A model generated the notes under the pieces. The model worked only from the letters and a program-made list of their open reading frames with translations. It did no database searches and was not told where the DNA came from. From Candidatus Aminicenantes bacterium (GTDB taxonomy: Bacteria > Acidobacteriota > Aminicenantia > Aminicenantales > Aminicenantaceae), in contig JASFPJ010000001.1 of the NCBI GenBank assembly GCA_050116035.1, positions 1-42,868 on the forward strand: 42,868 nucleotides of DNA, read 5' to 3'. The position numbers were made by a program, and so were the translations under genes. This document shows, one piece after another, positions 35,154 through 42,868 of the stretch. Positions within the stretch are counted from its first letter, which is position 1; each line of letters begins with the position of its first letter.

Positions 35154-36710
35154 ATGCATTCTCTTAAGATTAACAAGCTCAGGCTATTTCTGAAATCAAC
35201 TTCCTTGATAATTATTTTTGTATTATCAGGAATAACCGTCCTCCATGGTCACTCAGGTAAAGCCAGTTTCCACATTGTGATAGATACGGATGCAGCACTG
35301 GATGACCTCCGGGCCATCAGTCTTTTCCTCGCCTCCCCTGAATTTGAAATACTGGCCATCACAGCTTCAGATGGAGCGCTTTCGCCAGAAAAAGGGCTGG
35401 TTAAAATAAAGGCTCTCCTCCGTAGTTTCGGCCATGAGGGGATACCGACGGGTAGGGGCAATGTTGTTCAAGAAAAAGCGCCCTCATGGCGAAGTTTCTG
35501 TCAGAAAGTTCGATGGGGAAATGAAGAGAGCGCCAAAATAAAAGTTGAGATTTTTTCTGTCGATGTGATTCTATCGGCCATTGAAGGAGAGGATGAACCC
35601 GTTACTATTGTCTGCTTGGGAGGGCTGACGAATATTGCCGGCGCACTCACAGTCAGGCCTCAAATCATAGACAGGATTTTAAAGATTGTCTGGTATAACG
35701 ACAGTGCCAAACCCTTATCGGGAACCAATTATGAAATTGATAGAAAGGCGGCTCAGGCAGTCGTTTCATCGGGTGTGCCTCTGGAGGTGGTCAGTAACAG
35801 CGGGAAGGATGCTTTTGTTTTTGATGCACAAATTTTGCAATCCATCAATGCTGTCCATTCTCCCTATGGAGAAAAAATATCCACCACCCATAGTGATGAA
35901 TCTGTTATGGAAAGAATTGAATCGGGCCATTTGAAATTGTGGGATGATTTGCTGCCCGTTTATCTGCTCTATCCGGATTTATTTGATAAAGAGATCATTA
36001 TGAGGGATGATCGTCTTAAGCAATTTTCAATTCGAAATGTGGATGAAATCAAAATAAAATTTCTGGAGATATTAAAAAGCCGTAATGATGTTAAGAGTCT
36101 GGTGTTCAAAGGATTTCCTGATATGCCAGAATTGTATGCAGATGATGTTCGTCCCTTCATGAAAAGGATTATCCAGAAATATGGCAAGGAAGAGTGGCGC
36201 ATCGGTGTGCTCACGAATGAATTGCACGGGCATTTGGGTATCTATTCGATTATCGGAGCGAAGATGGGGATGAGAGCCCGCCAGTACTTCAATATCGGCG
36301 TGGATGATATTTCAATAGTTTCTTACGCGGGATCCACGCCCCCGCTGAGCTGTATGAACGACGGTTTGCAGGTAAGCACGGGAGGGACAGTTGGACACGG
36401 GCTGTTCAGTGTGTCTTCTGAGCCTCCATATCGTCCTGAGGCCGCAATCACCTTCAAAGGAAGGACAATTCATATTAGATTGAAAGACCAGTACTGGGAT
36501 AGTGTGAAAGCTGATATCCAAAAGGGCGTTGAGTTGCACGGAAGCGGAACCGAAAACAACTGGAAGTATGTCCGGAGGCTGGCCATTAAATACTGGCTTG
36601 AATGGGATAGACGTGAAATTTTTATTCTCAAAAAAGTAGAGAAAGAAATTTCCCCAGTTCCAACCTTTTCGCTTAAAAATTCAGAAGAATCATTGGTCAG
36701 CTTGAGATAA
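35154..36710 (+). CDS. Signal-peptide protein fusing an inosine-uridine-preferring nucleoside-hydrolase-like domain to an FmdE-like domain
   Basis: 518 aa. N-terminal hydrophobic segment, then HIVIDTDAALDD (DxDxxxDD IUNH fingerprint) and ...IVCLGGLTNIA.... The C-terminal ELHGHLGIYSIIGAKMGMRA...LSCMNDGLQVSTGGTVGHG...AAITFKGR resembles FmdE (HGHxCPG...C..DGxQ..TGCT.GKG) but lacks the cysteines. GAGGAG RBS. Confidence 0.7.
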   Translation: MHSLKINKLRLFLKSTSLIIIFVLSGITVLHGHSGKASFHIVIDTDAALDDLRAISLFLASPEFEILAITASDGALSPEKGLVKIKALLRSFGHEGIPTGRGNVVQEKAPSWRSFCQKVRWGNEESAKIKVEIFSVDVILSAIEGEDEPVTIVCLGGLTNIAGALTVRPQIIDRILKIVWYNDSAKPLSGTNYEIDRKAAQAVVSSGVPLEVVSNSGKDAFVFDAQILQSINAVHSPYGEKISTTHSDESVMERIESGHLKLWDDLLPVYLLYPDLFDKEIIMRDDRLKQFSIRNVDEIKIKFLEILKSRNDVKSLVFKGFPDMPELYADDVRPFMKRIIQKYGKEEWRIGVLTNELHGHLGIYSIIGAKMGMRARQYFNIGVDDISIVSYAGSTPPLSCMNDGLQVSTGGTVGHGLFSVSSEPPYRPEAAITFKGRTIHIRLKDQYWDSVKADIQKGVELHGSGTENNWKYVRRLAIKYWLEWDRREIFILKKVEKEISPVPTFSLKNSEESLVSLR

Positions 36711-36741
36711 CATCTATTTGTTTACCAAAAGCTGATTATTG

Positions 36742-36770
36742 TTGACACTTAAGAGAATTATTAGTATTTT
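36742..36770 (+). promoter_or_regulatory. Candidate sigma70-type promoter for the rhomboid gene
   Basis: TTGACA (36742-36747), 17 nt, TATTTT (36765-36770), about 40 nt upstream of the ATG at 36812. Confidence 0.3.
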
Positions 36771-36811
36771 GCTATGGACATGTTTTCAGGCTCACTAAGG
36801 AATATATAGAA

Positions 36812-38719
36812 ATGCTTATTCCCATCGGCCATGAAAGTTCCACTGTCCGCAGGTTGCCGTGGATCACGTTCTTTATTCTGGCCAGCTGTTTCATCATTCA
36901 TATTCTGGTCACCGTTGATTTAAACAAAAGAGAAAAGGATCTAGAGAACGCGGCAAGGGAATTCCTGGGATATTACATGGAACACCCGTACCTGGAACTT
37001 GATTCGGAAGCTTTAAACCTGATTTTCGGGGAAAGACTCACCGAGCAAATCCAGGAGCAACTCGATATCATCCGCAGAGAAGCATCACGGGATGTTCATC
37101 TTTTTAAAGAACAGCAGCAGGAAGAGCTGAATCAGCTCTCGGAGAAGCTGAAAGCGATCATTCATAATATCCCCTATAGAAAATATGGATTCATTCCAGC
37201 CAGACAAAATTTCCTCGCTCTTCTGACTTATATGTTTATTCACAGTGGCTGGTTCCATCTGCTCGGGAATTTGCTGTTCCTCTATTTGACCGGGCCTTTT
37301 ATCGAAGACGTCTGGGGGAGGCCTTTTTACACAGCCTTTTACCTGATCATGGGAATAGCTTCAGCCCTTATGTTTGCTCAGCGCTATCCTGAGTTGACTG
37401 GACCCTTGATCGGTGCGTCCGGGGCAATCGCGGGAGTGATGGGAGCATTCCTGATCAGATACTGGAAGACGAAGATCGAATTTTTATTTATTCTCTTCCC
37501 TCTGATTTTCATACGGTTTACGTTCAAGGCCCCCGCATGGCTGATGCTGCCCTTGTGGTTCTTACTGGAGTTCTTCAATGCGAGAGTCATGGACGCCATC
37601 AATCCTCAAGGTGGTGGTGGAGTCGCCCATTGGGCGCATGTCTGGGGATTTGTGTTCGGTGTTGTGGCAGCGCTTGGAGTGAAATATTTCAAGATAGAGG
37701 AAAAATATGTTCGTCCAAAGATTGACGCCCAGACGTCTTATGTGGATGAGGGATTCCAGGCGCTTGAGGATGCCACAAATAAAAAGGAAGCCGGGAAATC
37801 AGCCGAAGCTTTTGCCCTTCTCCTCGAAACAGCCAGGAAAAATCCAGGGCATAAGGACTTGGTCGAGGGCCTCTGGGAACTCGGAGTTGAGACCGGCAGG
37901 GAAGATGAATCGGCAAAATTTCTCATCGCATTGGTGGAGAGCGAAATAAGAAGGAACCAGATGGAGTTGGCGGCGAGTCATTTCTGGAGGCTGAGAGAGA
38001 AAATTCCAGAGGCCACCATCAGTTCAACCTATAAAATCAGACTGATTCAACATTTGAAAGAGCGCCAGGAAAATGATGACGCAAAGGCATTAGCCAGTGA
38101 ACTCCTCCAAGAAGTTAGCCTCGAATCACCGCCTGTTTTACTGATGAATTTTGTGAACATTGCTTCAGAATTGAATCCTTCAATCGCTGGCAGAGTGTTG
38201 GAACTCTGCCTTCAACATCCGGAGATCCAGGAAGAACAGAAAGAAGAACTCAGGAAAAAGTTTGGCGATTTGCAGGAAAAAGCGCAGGTCGCGGCTCCAA
38301 CCGCGAGTCGATCCTTAAAAATCACTCCAGCCACCCCTGTGAGCCTGAAAGAAGAGAAACTCGCCTTGAACGTGGAGGGCGTCGGTGAGCGAGTGCTATC
38401 ACTCGACAGGATACAGTCCATCGCTGTGGCCGAAATTACTTCTCTGGAAGATCTTCCCTATCTGTTGATTGATCTTTTCCTGGATGACCCGAAATCAAGC
38501 GCTTCCGTTGTGCGTTCCATCAGGCTGCTGAGCTCGGGTTTCGAACCGAGAAAATTCTTCCCTGACATTCAAGATTCCCGGGAAGCTCTAAAGGCCTTCA
38601 TTTCGAGCCTGCTCGAATCAAGCGGGGCCGCGCCGTATCCGGATAAAGAATCGGTCCTGCTCAGTGCTCCTTTGAGTTTTCGCTCGATGGAGGAATACGA
38701 AGAATCGATTTTATCCTAG
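36812..38719 (+). CDS. Rhomboid-family intramembrane serine protease with about 300-aa C-terminal helical (TPR-like) domain
   Basis: 635 aa. HSGWFHLLGNLLFLYLTG (HxxxN), GASGAIAGVMGAF (catalytic Ser) and AHWAHVWGFVFGV (catalytic His). Residues about 300-635 are soluble, helical and acidic. Confidence 0.85.
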   Translation: MLIPIGHESSTVRRLPWITFFILASCFIIHILVTVDLNKREKDLENAAREFLGYYMEHPYLELDSEALNLIFGERLTEQIQEQLDIIRREASRDVHLFKEQQQEELNQLSEKLKAIIHNIPYRKYGFIPARQNFLALLTYMFIHSGWFHLLGNLLFLYLTGPFIEDVWGRPFYTAFYLIMGIASALMFAQRYPELTGPLIGASGAIAGVMGAFLIRYWKTKIEFLFILFPLIFIRFTFKAPAWLMLPLWFLLEFFNARVMDAINPQGGGGVAHWAHVWGFVFGVVAALGVKYFKIEEKYVRPKIDAQTSYVDEGFQALEDATNKKEAGKSAEAFALLLETARKNPGHKDLVEGLWELGVETGREDESAKFLIALVESEIRRNQMELAASHFWRLREKIPEATISSTYKIRLIQHLKERQENDDAKALASELLQEVSLESPPVLLMNFVNIASELNPSIAGRVLELCLQHPEIQEEQKEELRKKFGDLQEKAQVAAPTASRSLKITPATPVSLKEEKLALNVEGVGERVLSLDRIQSIAVAEITSLEDLPYLLIDLFLDDPKSSASVVRSIRLLSSGFEPRKFFPDIQDSREALKAFISSLLESSGAAPYPDKESVLLSAPLSFRSMEEYEESILS

Positions 38720-38967
38720 AAATACACTCCATTGAATAGTATTTGAAACCCAAGATACAGGTAAAAGGGAATTCCGGATGGGAATTCTGGTCTCAACGCG
38801 TTCCTATATAGATTTTTTGTAGTCTTGATAGGCTCTGAATCCAGCCTGGACCCCTCAAATCCTCGATTGGATTCTTACAATTTCTTCAGGATTGTTTAAG
38901 TTGTGTACAACTGTGCGGGCGTTTATATTAGTTTTAGATGAGTTTTAAAATAGAAAGGAGGCTCGTG

Positions 38968-41136
38968 ATGAGTTTTCGCATTATTTTTGTTCTGTTAATG
39001 TCGATGGCACTGCTCATGACGGTGTTTGTCACAGTGCAGGCAGCGGACTCAAAGATTTTTAATATCCCCAAAATAGAAGGGATTGTTGTCGACGGGTCCA
39101 ATAATGATTGGGCGGAGCAGGGCTTTCGGGTCGAATTTCTCGCAGACCCGAGTGGACGAGTCATCCTTCCAGATGATTTCGATGTGATATTTCGTCTCGG
39201 TTGGAATCAACAAGGACTCCTTGTCCTGGCCGCTGTCCGGGACAATGTTCCTGTCGAGCGAGGGAACCTCTCCCGGCTGTGGCAGGCAGACTGTGTGGAG
39301 ATCATGGTATCAGAGTCTGTGGGCTCGACCAATCGGTACCAGTTAGTCATCGCTTCAGGTGCGGATCCCAAATTTAAAAAGGTCCGTCAAAAGATCTATG
39401 ACTGGCGGCACCCACAGTATAAAACATCGGGATTGACGGCTCAGTCACGCAGTCGTGTCTTTGAGGGAGGTTACGTTATAGAAGCCCTTCTCCCGTGGGC
39501 TAATCTTGGAGTAAAGCCAAATCCCGGAATGGAACTGGCTTTTCAATTCGTGGCGAATGATGATGACGGCGACGTCGGGGACTCGAACGGCTCTCTGCGA
39601 GTAGCCTGGTTTTCTGGTATTAATCCGAGCAGCCGCTTCAATATGTACCGGTTGAGGCTTTCCGATAAACCAGGTGATGCGGTTTTTTTTCGGGTTGACC
39701 GCGAGATCAGCCTCGGCCGATATACAATTTATGTTCGCGGCACAAGTGAGTTGGCCGGCAGACCAGTGACGCTTCGAAGCGCAGGAAATGTCATTGCCCA
39801 TGATAAGCTAAGCCTCAAAGACGGACGAGCAAGTATCCATTTCAACCTTGATCCTGGGAGATATGCAGATGAGTGGCCCCCGGTGGATGTTGTCATTGGG
39901 GAAAAAACCGCAGCCACGTTCGAGGCCTTATCCACTCTGGACCATATCCTTGAGAGATACATCCAGGCCTTGGGCGGACGTGCCGCTATCGAGAGGTTAA
40001 CGACTCGAAAGTGTACAGGACGGTTTGTCGATGATCTGTCATGGACAGATCCCCCCGTTCAGACTCATCCTTTAAAAGCTTTGGCTAAGATTCCTGATAA
40101 ATGGGTCACGACAATTCAAGTCCCAAAGGGAATCGAGCAAAATGGATTTGACGGAAGGATTGGTTGGAAGGTCAATCCAGATCGGATCGAACGAGATGAT
40201 CGCATGAACCGGTCCTGGCTTGGCTATCTTCTGAACCCACAGGGCGCTCTGTATATACGAGAGTACTTTCCGGGAATGACTCTGAGAGCAAAGGATATCT
40301 CAAGAGGACGCGAAGTATACTTGGTAGAAAATAAAACTGAACACATGCTGTACTTCGATGTCGAGAGCGGCCTGTTGACTCAAATCGGTTCGAGCTGGGA
40401 ATTACAGGACTACCGTGAGGTGGACGATGTCAAATTCCCTTTTCACATCGCCACAAGCCGGAAGGGAGGGAAAAGTCATTTTGCAATTGATAAAATAGAA
40501 CATAATATTCCCATCGACGAGAAGCAGTTCACCATTCCTGATGCCGCGGACATGTTCGCCGATGCCTTCCAGGATATCGAGGATTCGAATGTTCTTCCGA
40601 TGTTAACGACGAAGGATTTGACGTATGTGCATGAGGACATGAATGTCCCGTACCGGGACGGCCGTTTCTTGTATGATTTTATTATTCAACACGATTACAA
40701 GCGTGGATTGGAGATAGGCACCTTCACTGGGTATTCCGCGCTGTGGATGGGATTGGCCGTGCAAAAGACCGGAGGTCAGTTGATCACCATTGAAATTGAC
40801 AAAGGCTATGGACAGGTGGCCCAGCAGAATATCCGAAAAGCCGGATTGGAGAATGTGATCGATTCAAGAATCAACGATGCCTTTGATGAGATTCAAAAAA
40901 TCGAAGGGAAGTTCGATTTCGTCTTCATCGATGCCTGGAAACCGGACTATGTCAAATTCCTGCATCTGCTGAAAGACCGGATCTTGCCAGGAGGCGCGAT
41001 AATTGCCCATAATGTGACTAACTATGCCCGTGACATGCAAGAGTTCTTGGATGCCATAGGGAATGACCCCAGTCTCGAGACAACGTTTCACGAAATAAGC
41101 GCTGAAGGCTTCTCTGTTAGCCTAAAGCGCAAATAA
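38968..41136 (+). CDS. Secreted multidomain protein: CBM9/DOMON-like domain, central LolA-like beta domain, C-terminal family-3 O-methyltransferase domain
   Basis: The track start is 38938. I prefer ATG 38968, 7 nt after AGGAGG, giving 722 aa. Signal peptide MSFRIIFVLLMSMALLMTVFVTVQA-AD. N-terminal IVVDGSNNDWAEQG...WQADCVEIMV...AFQFVANDDDGD is CBM9-like. The middle ...YIQALGGRAAIERLTT...GFDGRIGWKV...LYFDVESGLL...YREVDDVKFPF is LolA-like. The C-terminal GLEIGTFTGYSALWM...ITIEID...FDFVFIDAWK is the O-methyltransferase core, paralogous to 3629..4309. Confidence 0.75.
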   Translation: MSFRIIFVLLMSMALLMTVFVTVQAADSKIFNIPKIEGIVVDGSNNDWAEQGFRVEFLADPSGRVILPDDFDVIFRLGWNQQGLLVLAAVRDNVPVERGNLSRLWQADCVEIMVSESVGSTNRYQLVIASGADPKFKKVRQKIYDWRHPQYKTSGLTAQSRSRVFEGGYVIEALLPWANLGVKPNPGMELAFQFVANDDDGDVGDSNGSLRVAWFSGINPSSRFNMYRLRLSDKPGDAVFFRVDREISLGRYTIYVRGTSELAGRPVTLRSAGNVIAHDKLSLKDGRASIHFNLDPGRYADEWPPVDVVIGEKTAATFEALSTLDHILERYIQALGGRAAIERLTTRKCTGRFVDDLSWTDPPVQTHPLKALAKIPDKWVTTIQVPKGIEQNGFDGRIGWKVNPDRIERDDRMNRSWLGYLLNPQGALYIREYFPGMTLRAKDISRGREVYLVENKTEHMLYFDVESGLLTQIGSSWELQDYREVDDVKFPFHIATSRKGGKSHFAIDKIEHNIPIDEKQFTIPDAADMFADAFQDIEDSNVLPMLTTKDLTYVHEDMNVPYRDGRFLYDFIIQHDYKRGLEIGTFTGYSALWMGLAVQKTGGQLITIEIDKGYGQVAQQNIRKAGLENVIDSRINDAFDEIQKIEGKFDFVFIDAWKPDYVKFLHLLKDRILPGGAIIAHNVTNYARDMQEFLDAIGNDPSLETTFHEISAEGFSVSLKRK

Positions 41137-41289
41137 AAATAAGGAAAAAAAGTTGACGTGTATCTTGAGCCCCTGTTTTGGACTGATGATTTTAAAGTCT
41201 GTTGAAGGCCTTGAACTGTGATTGGATGAGTGCAATTTTTATGCTATCGTATATCATGAAATTTTCGCTTGATTGGTTAGAGGACTGTC

Positions 41290-41973
41290 GTGCACATACT
41301 GGTCGTTGAAGATGAGCCGAAGGTGGCTCGGGCGTTACAGAAAGGCTTGGAGTCTGAACACTACCAGGTGACTGTGGCGACAACCGGTGAGGAAGGTTTT
41401 TATCTGGCCACGACTCAGGCCTTCGATCTGATTCTCCTCGACCTCATGCTTCCCGGTCGAGGTGGACTGGAGATCCTGTCTGCCCTGAGGGAACAGCGCT
41501 GTCAGACGCCGGTGTTGGTCCTCACAGCCAAAGATACGATTGAAGACCGCGTCCTGGGGCTGGATAGTGGGGCGGATGATTATCTGGTCAAGCCTTTTGC
41601 TTTTCCCGAGTTATTGGCGCGAATCAGGGCACTCACGAGGCGCGGGAGGATAGACCAGGCACTGAGATACAGATTGGCCGACCTTGAACTGGATTGTGTT
41701 ACGAAGAAGGTCACTCGTGGGAAGAAGGATATTCCTCTAACCGGAAAGGAGTTCGAGCTGCTTGAATATCTAATGCGCAATCAGGGACATGCCGTTTCAC
41801 GGGAGATGCTGGCTCGGGACGTCTGGCAGGTGACAGAACGGGCCACTCCTTTAGACAACGTGATCGACGTACACATTGCCAGGCTACGCCAGAAAATGGA
41901 TATGCCTTTTAAGATTAAACTGCTGAAAACGATCAGAGGAGTCGGTTTTGTCTTGAAGGAAGGCGATGCATGA
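41290..41973 (+). CDS. OmpR-family response regulator, CusR/CopR-like
   Basis: 227 aa. GTG start after AGAGGA. Receiver domain ILVVEDEP...DLILLDLMLPG...TAKD...DDYLVKPF. The winged-helix domain LTGKEFELLEYL...VIDVHIARLRQK...TIRGVGFVL closely follows the CusR pattern. Confidence 0.9.
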   Translation: MHILVVEDEPKVARALQKGLESEHYQVTVATTGEEGFYLATTQAFDLILLDLMLPGRGGLEILSALREQRCQTPVLVLTAKDTIEDRVLGLDSGADDYLVKPFAFPELLARIRALTRRGRIDQALRYRLADLELDCVTKKVTRGKKDIPLTGKEFELLEYLMRNQGHAVSREMLARDVWQVTERATPLDNVIDVHIARLRQKMDMPFKIKLLKTIRGVGFVLKEGDA

Positions 41974-42868
41974 GATTGAAAAGGTCTAGCATCCGTTTCC
42001 GGCTCACGCTCTGGTACGCAGCCGTTCTGCTCATCATCTTGTGTGTCGTCTCCATTGGTGTTTATGCCTTTATGCACAGCCGGATGGAGTCCATGGCCCA
42101 AAGTAAGCTCGACAGCGGCTTTACTACTGTTGAGAACGTTGTTAAGTTTTCCTTTGGGGATCTGTATGACGTTCTCCATCTCGGTCAAACAAGCATGTTT
42201 CTGATCACCAGAGAATACAAGAATGTGTATTATACAGAGGCGTGGGAGAATGTTCATTTCACTCTAGAGTTCGATAAAGAGAGTTTCAAACCCTACCGGG
42301 TATGGAGATCTCCTGAGGGGCGGCTTTTCAAGATAAAGCAGGGGGATATCCCTGAGCTTGGATATGAGCTTGCCTTTGCTCAGGATGTAACGGAGGTCAA
42401 AGAGAACCTGAGGATTCTGTTAACCATACTGCTGGCCGGCATTCCCTGTGCCTTTGTCCTGGCACTCATCGGGGGCTACTTCCTTGCCGGCCGTGCCCTT
42501 ACTCCTGTCAGTGCCATCACACAGAAAGCGCATGAAATTACCGCAGAATCTCTTTCTGAACGGCTCCCTGTATCGAACCCGAACGACGAAATTGGCCGTT
42601 TAGCCATAGTCTTCAACAAAACACTGGCCAGGCTCGAGAATTCCTTTGACCGGTTGCGAAGATTTACGGCTGACGCTTCTCATGAGCTCCGAACTCCTTT
42701 GACATCTATTCGGAGTGTCGGTGAAGTCGCCCTGCAAAGTTCGGTCAACGGTGACGCTTATCGTGAAGCGATCAGCAGTATGCTCGAGGAGACAGAACGC
42801 CTGACTCTCCTGATTGATAATTTGTTGACACTGACGAGGGGAGGCTCCGGGAAAATTCAACTGAATCC
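41970..42868 (+). CDS. Sensor histidine kinase, heavy-metal (CusS/CopS-like) family; partial, runs off the right edge
   Basis: The ATG overlaps the response-regulator stop (ATGA). N-terminal SIRFRLTLWYAAVLLIILCVV is typical of the CusS family. It has a periplasmic loop, a second TM helix, a HAMP domain (DEIGRLAIVFNKTLARLE) and the H-box FTADASHELRTPLTSI. Confidence 0.88.
   Translation, partial: MRLKRSSIRFRLTLWYAAVLLIILCVVSIGVYAFMHSRMESMAQSKLDSGFTTVENVVKFSFGDLYDVLHLGQTSMFLITREYKNVYYTEAWENVHFTLEFDKESFKPYRVWRSPEGRLFKIKQGDIPELGYELAFAQDVTEVKENLRILLTILLAGIPCAFVLALIGGYFLAGRALTPVSAITQKAHEITAESLSERLPVSNPNDEIGRLAIVFNKTLARLENSFDRLRRFTADASHELRTPLTSIRSVGEVALQSSVNGDAYREAISSMLEETERLTLLIDNLLTLTRGGSGKIQLN

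Noticed and set aside
38780-38806. Tandem GGGAATTC(C/T)GG direct repeat after the rhomboid gene, considered as a terminator or binding site.
   Set aside because: There are only two short copies built around the self-complementary GAATTC, no T-tract and no further copies in the window. Evidence is insufficient.
1-42868. Searched the whole window for CRISPR arrays, transposases or integrases, prophage genes, toxin-antitoxin or defence cassettes, and long inverted or direct repeats flanking an island.
   Set aside because: None found. The only tandem repeat is the intragenic 48-nt array at 32268-32966. The duplicated gene types (BNR, O-methyltransferase, CBM9, Gfo/Idh/MocA) are old, diverged paralogues rather than mobile-element repeats.

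Overview
The window looks like ordinary chromosomal DNA from an uncultivated-type Gram-negative bacterium. GC is moderate by eye and was not computed. Both ends cut genes, so this may be a whole contig. I support 35 protein-coding genes.

Not found: rRNA or tRNA genes, CRISPR arrays, transposases, integrases, phage genes, or any recognisable defence module (no NTPase, nuclease or reverse-transcriptase genes).

Layout:
- 1-3109: three consecutive Tat-exported sugar-redox proteins (two Gfo/Idh/MocA oxidoreductases and a xylose-isomerase-like TIM barrel).
- 3629-7859: a signal-bearing family-3 O-methyltransferase and a 1081-aa BNR/Asp-box double-propeller protein. A paralogue of the propeller protein lies at 28367-31669.
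- 8020-10193: housekeeping and DUF genes (RibD_C, UPF0316, DUF502).
- 10440-19242: a glycogen plus glucosylglycerate-type compatible-solute cluster (GT2-like glycosyltransferase, glgA, malQ, GalT-like, glgC, GT81 gpgS-like, gpgP/mpgP-like).
- 19589-21881: cation-related membrane genes (a single-MPM Trk/Ktr-like protein fused to RCK_C, corA, DUF1622).
- 21989-26086, minus strand: CBM9/DUF5916 outer-membrane protein, ECF sigma factor, anti-sigma factor, and a PLDc_N/zinc-ribbon membrane protein.
- 26271-28145: a Cys-less MGMT/ATL-like protein, a HEAT-like protein, and an XRE-HTH plus DUF2178-like pair.
- 31848-33158: a 16-residue-repeat protein with a C-terminal barrel-like domain.
- 33335-38719: an extended SDR, a steroid-5-alpha-reductase homologue, a nucleoside-hydrolase/FmdE fusion, and a rhomboid with a long C-terminal domain.
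- 38968-42868: a secreted CBM9-like/LolA-like/O-methyltransferase fusion followed by a CusRS-like two-component system.

I cannot prove a single novel system from sequence alone. The best candidates for undescribed biology are the single-MPM/RCK_C protein, the 16-residue-repeat outer-membrane protein, the exported O-methyltransferase domains (seen twice), the nucleoside-hydrolase/FmdE fusion, and the SDR plus SRD5A pair. All family calls come from motif recognition by eye on the translated ORFs. No database search was run.
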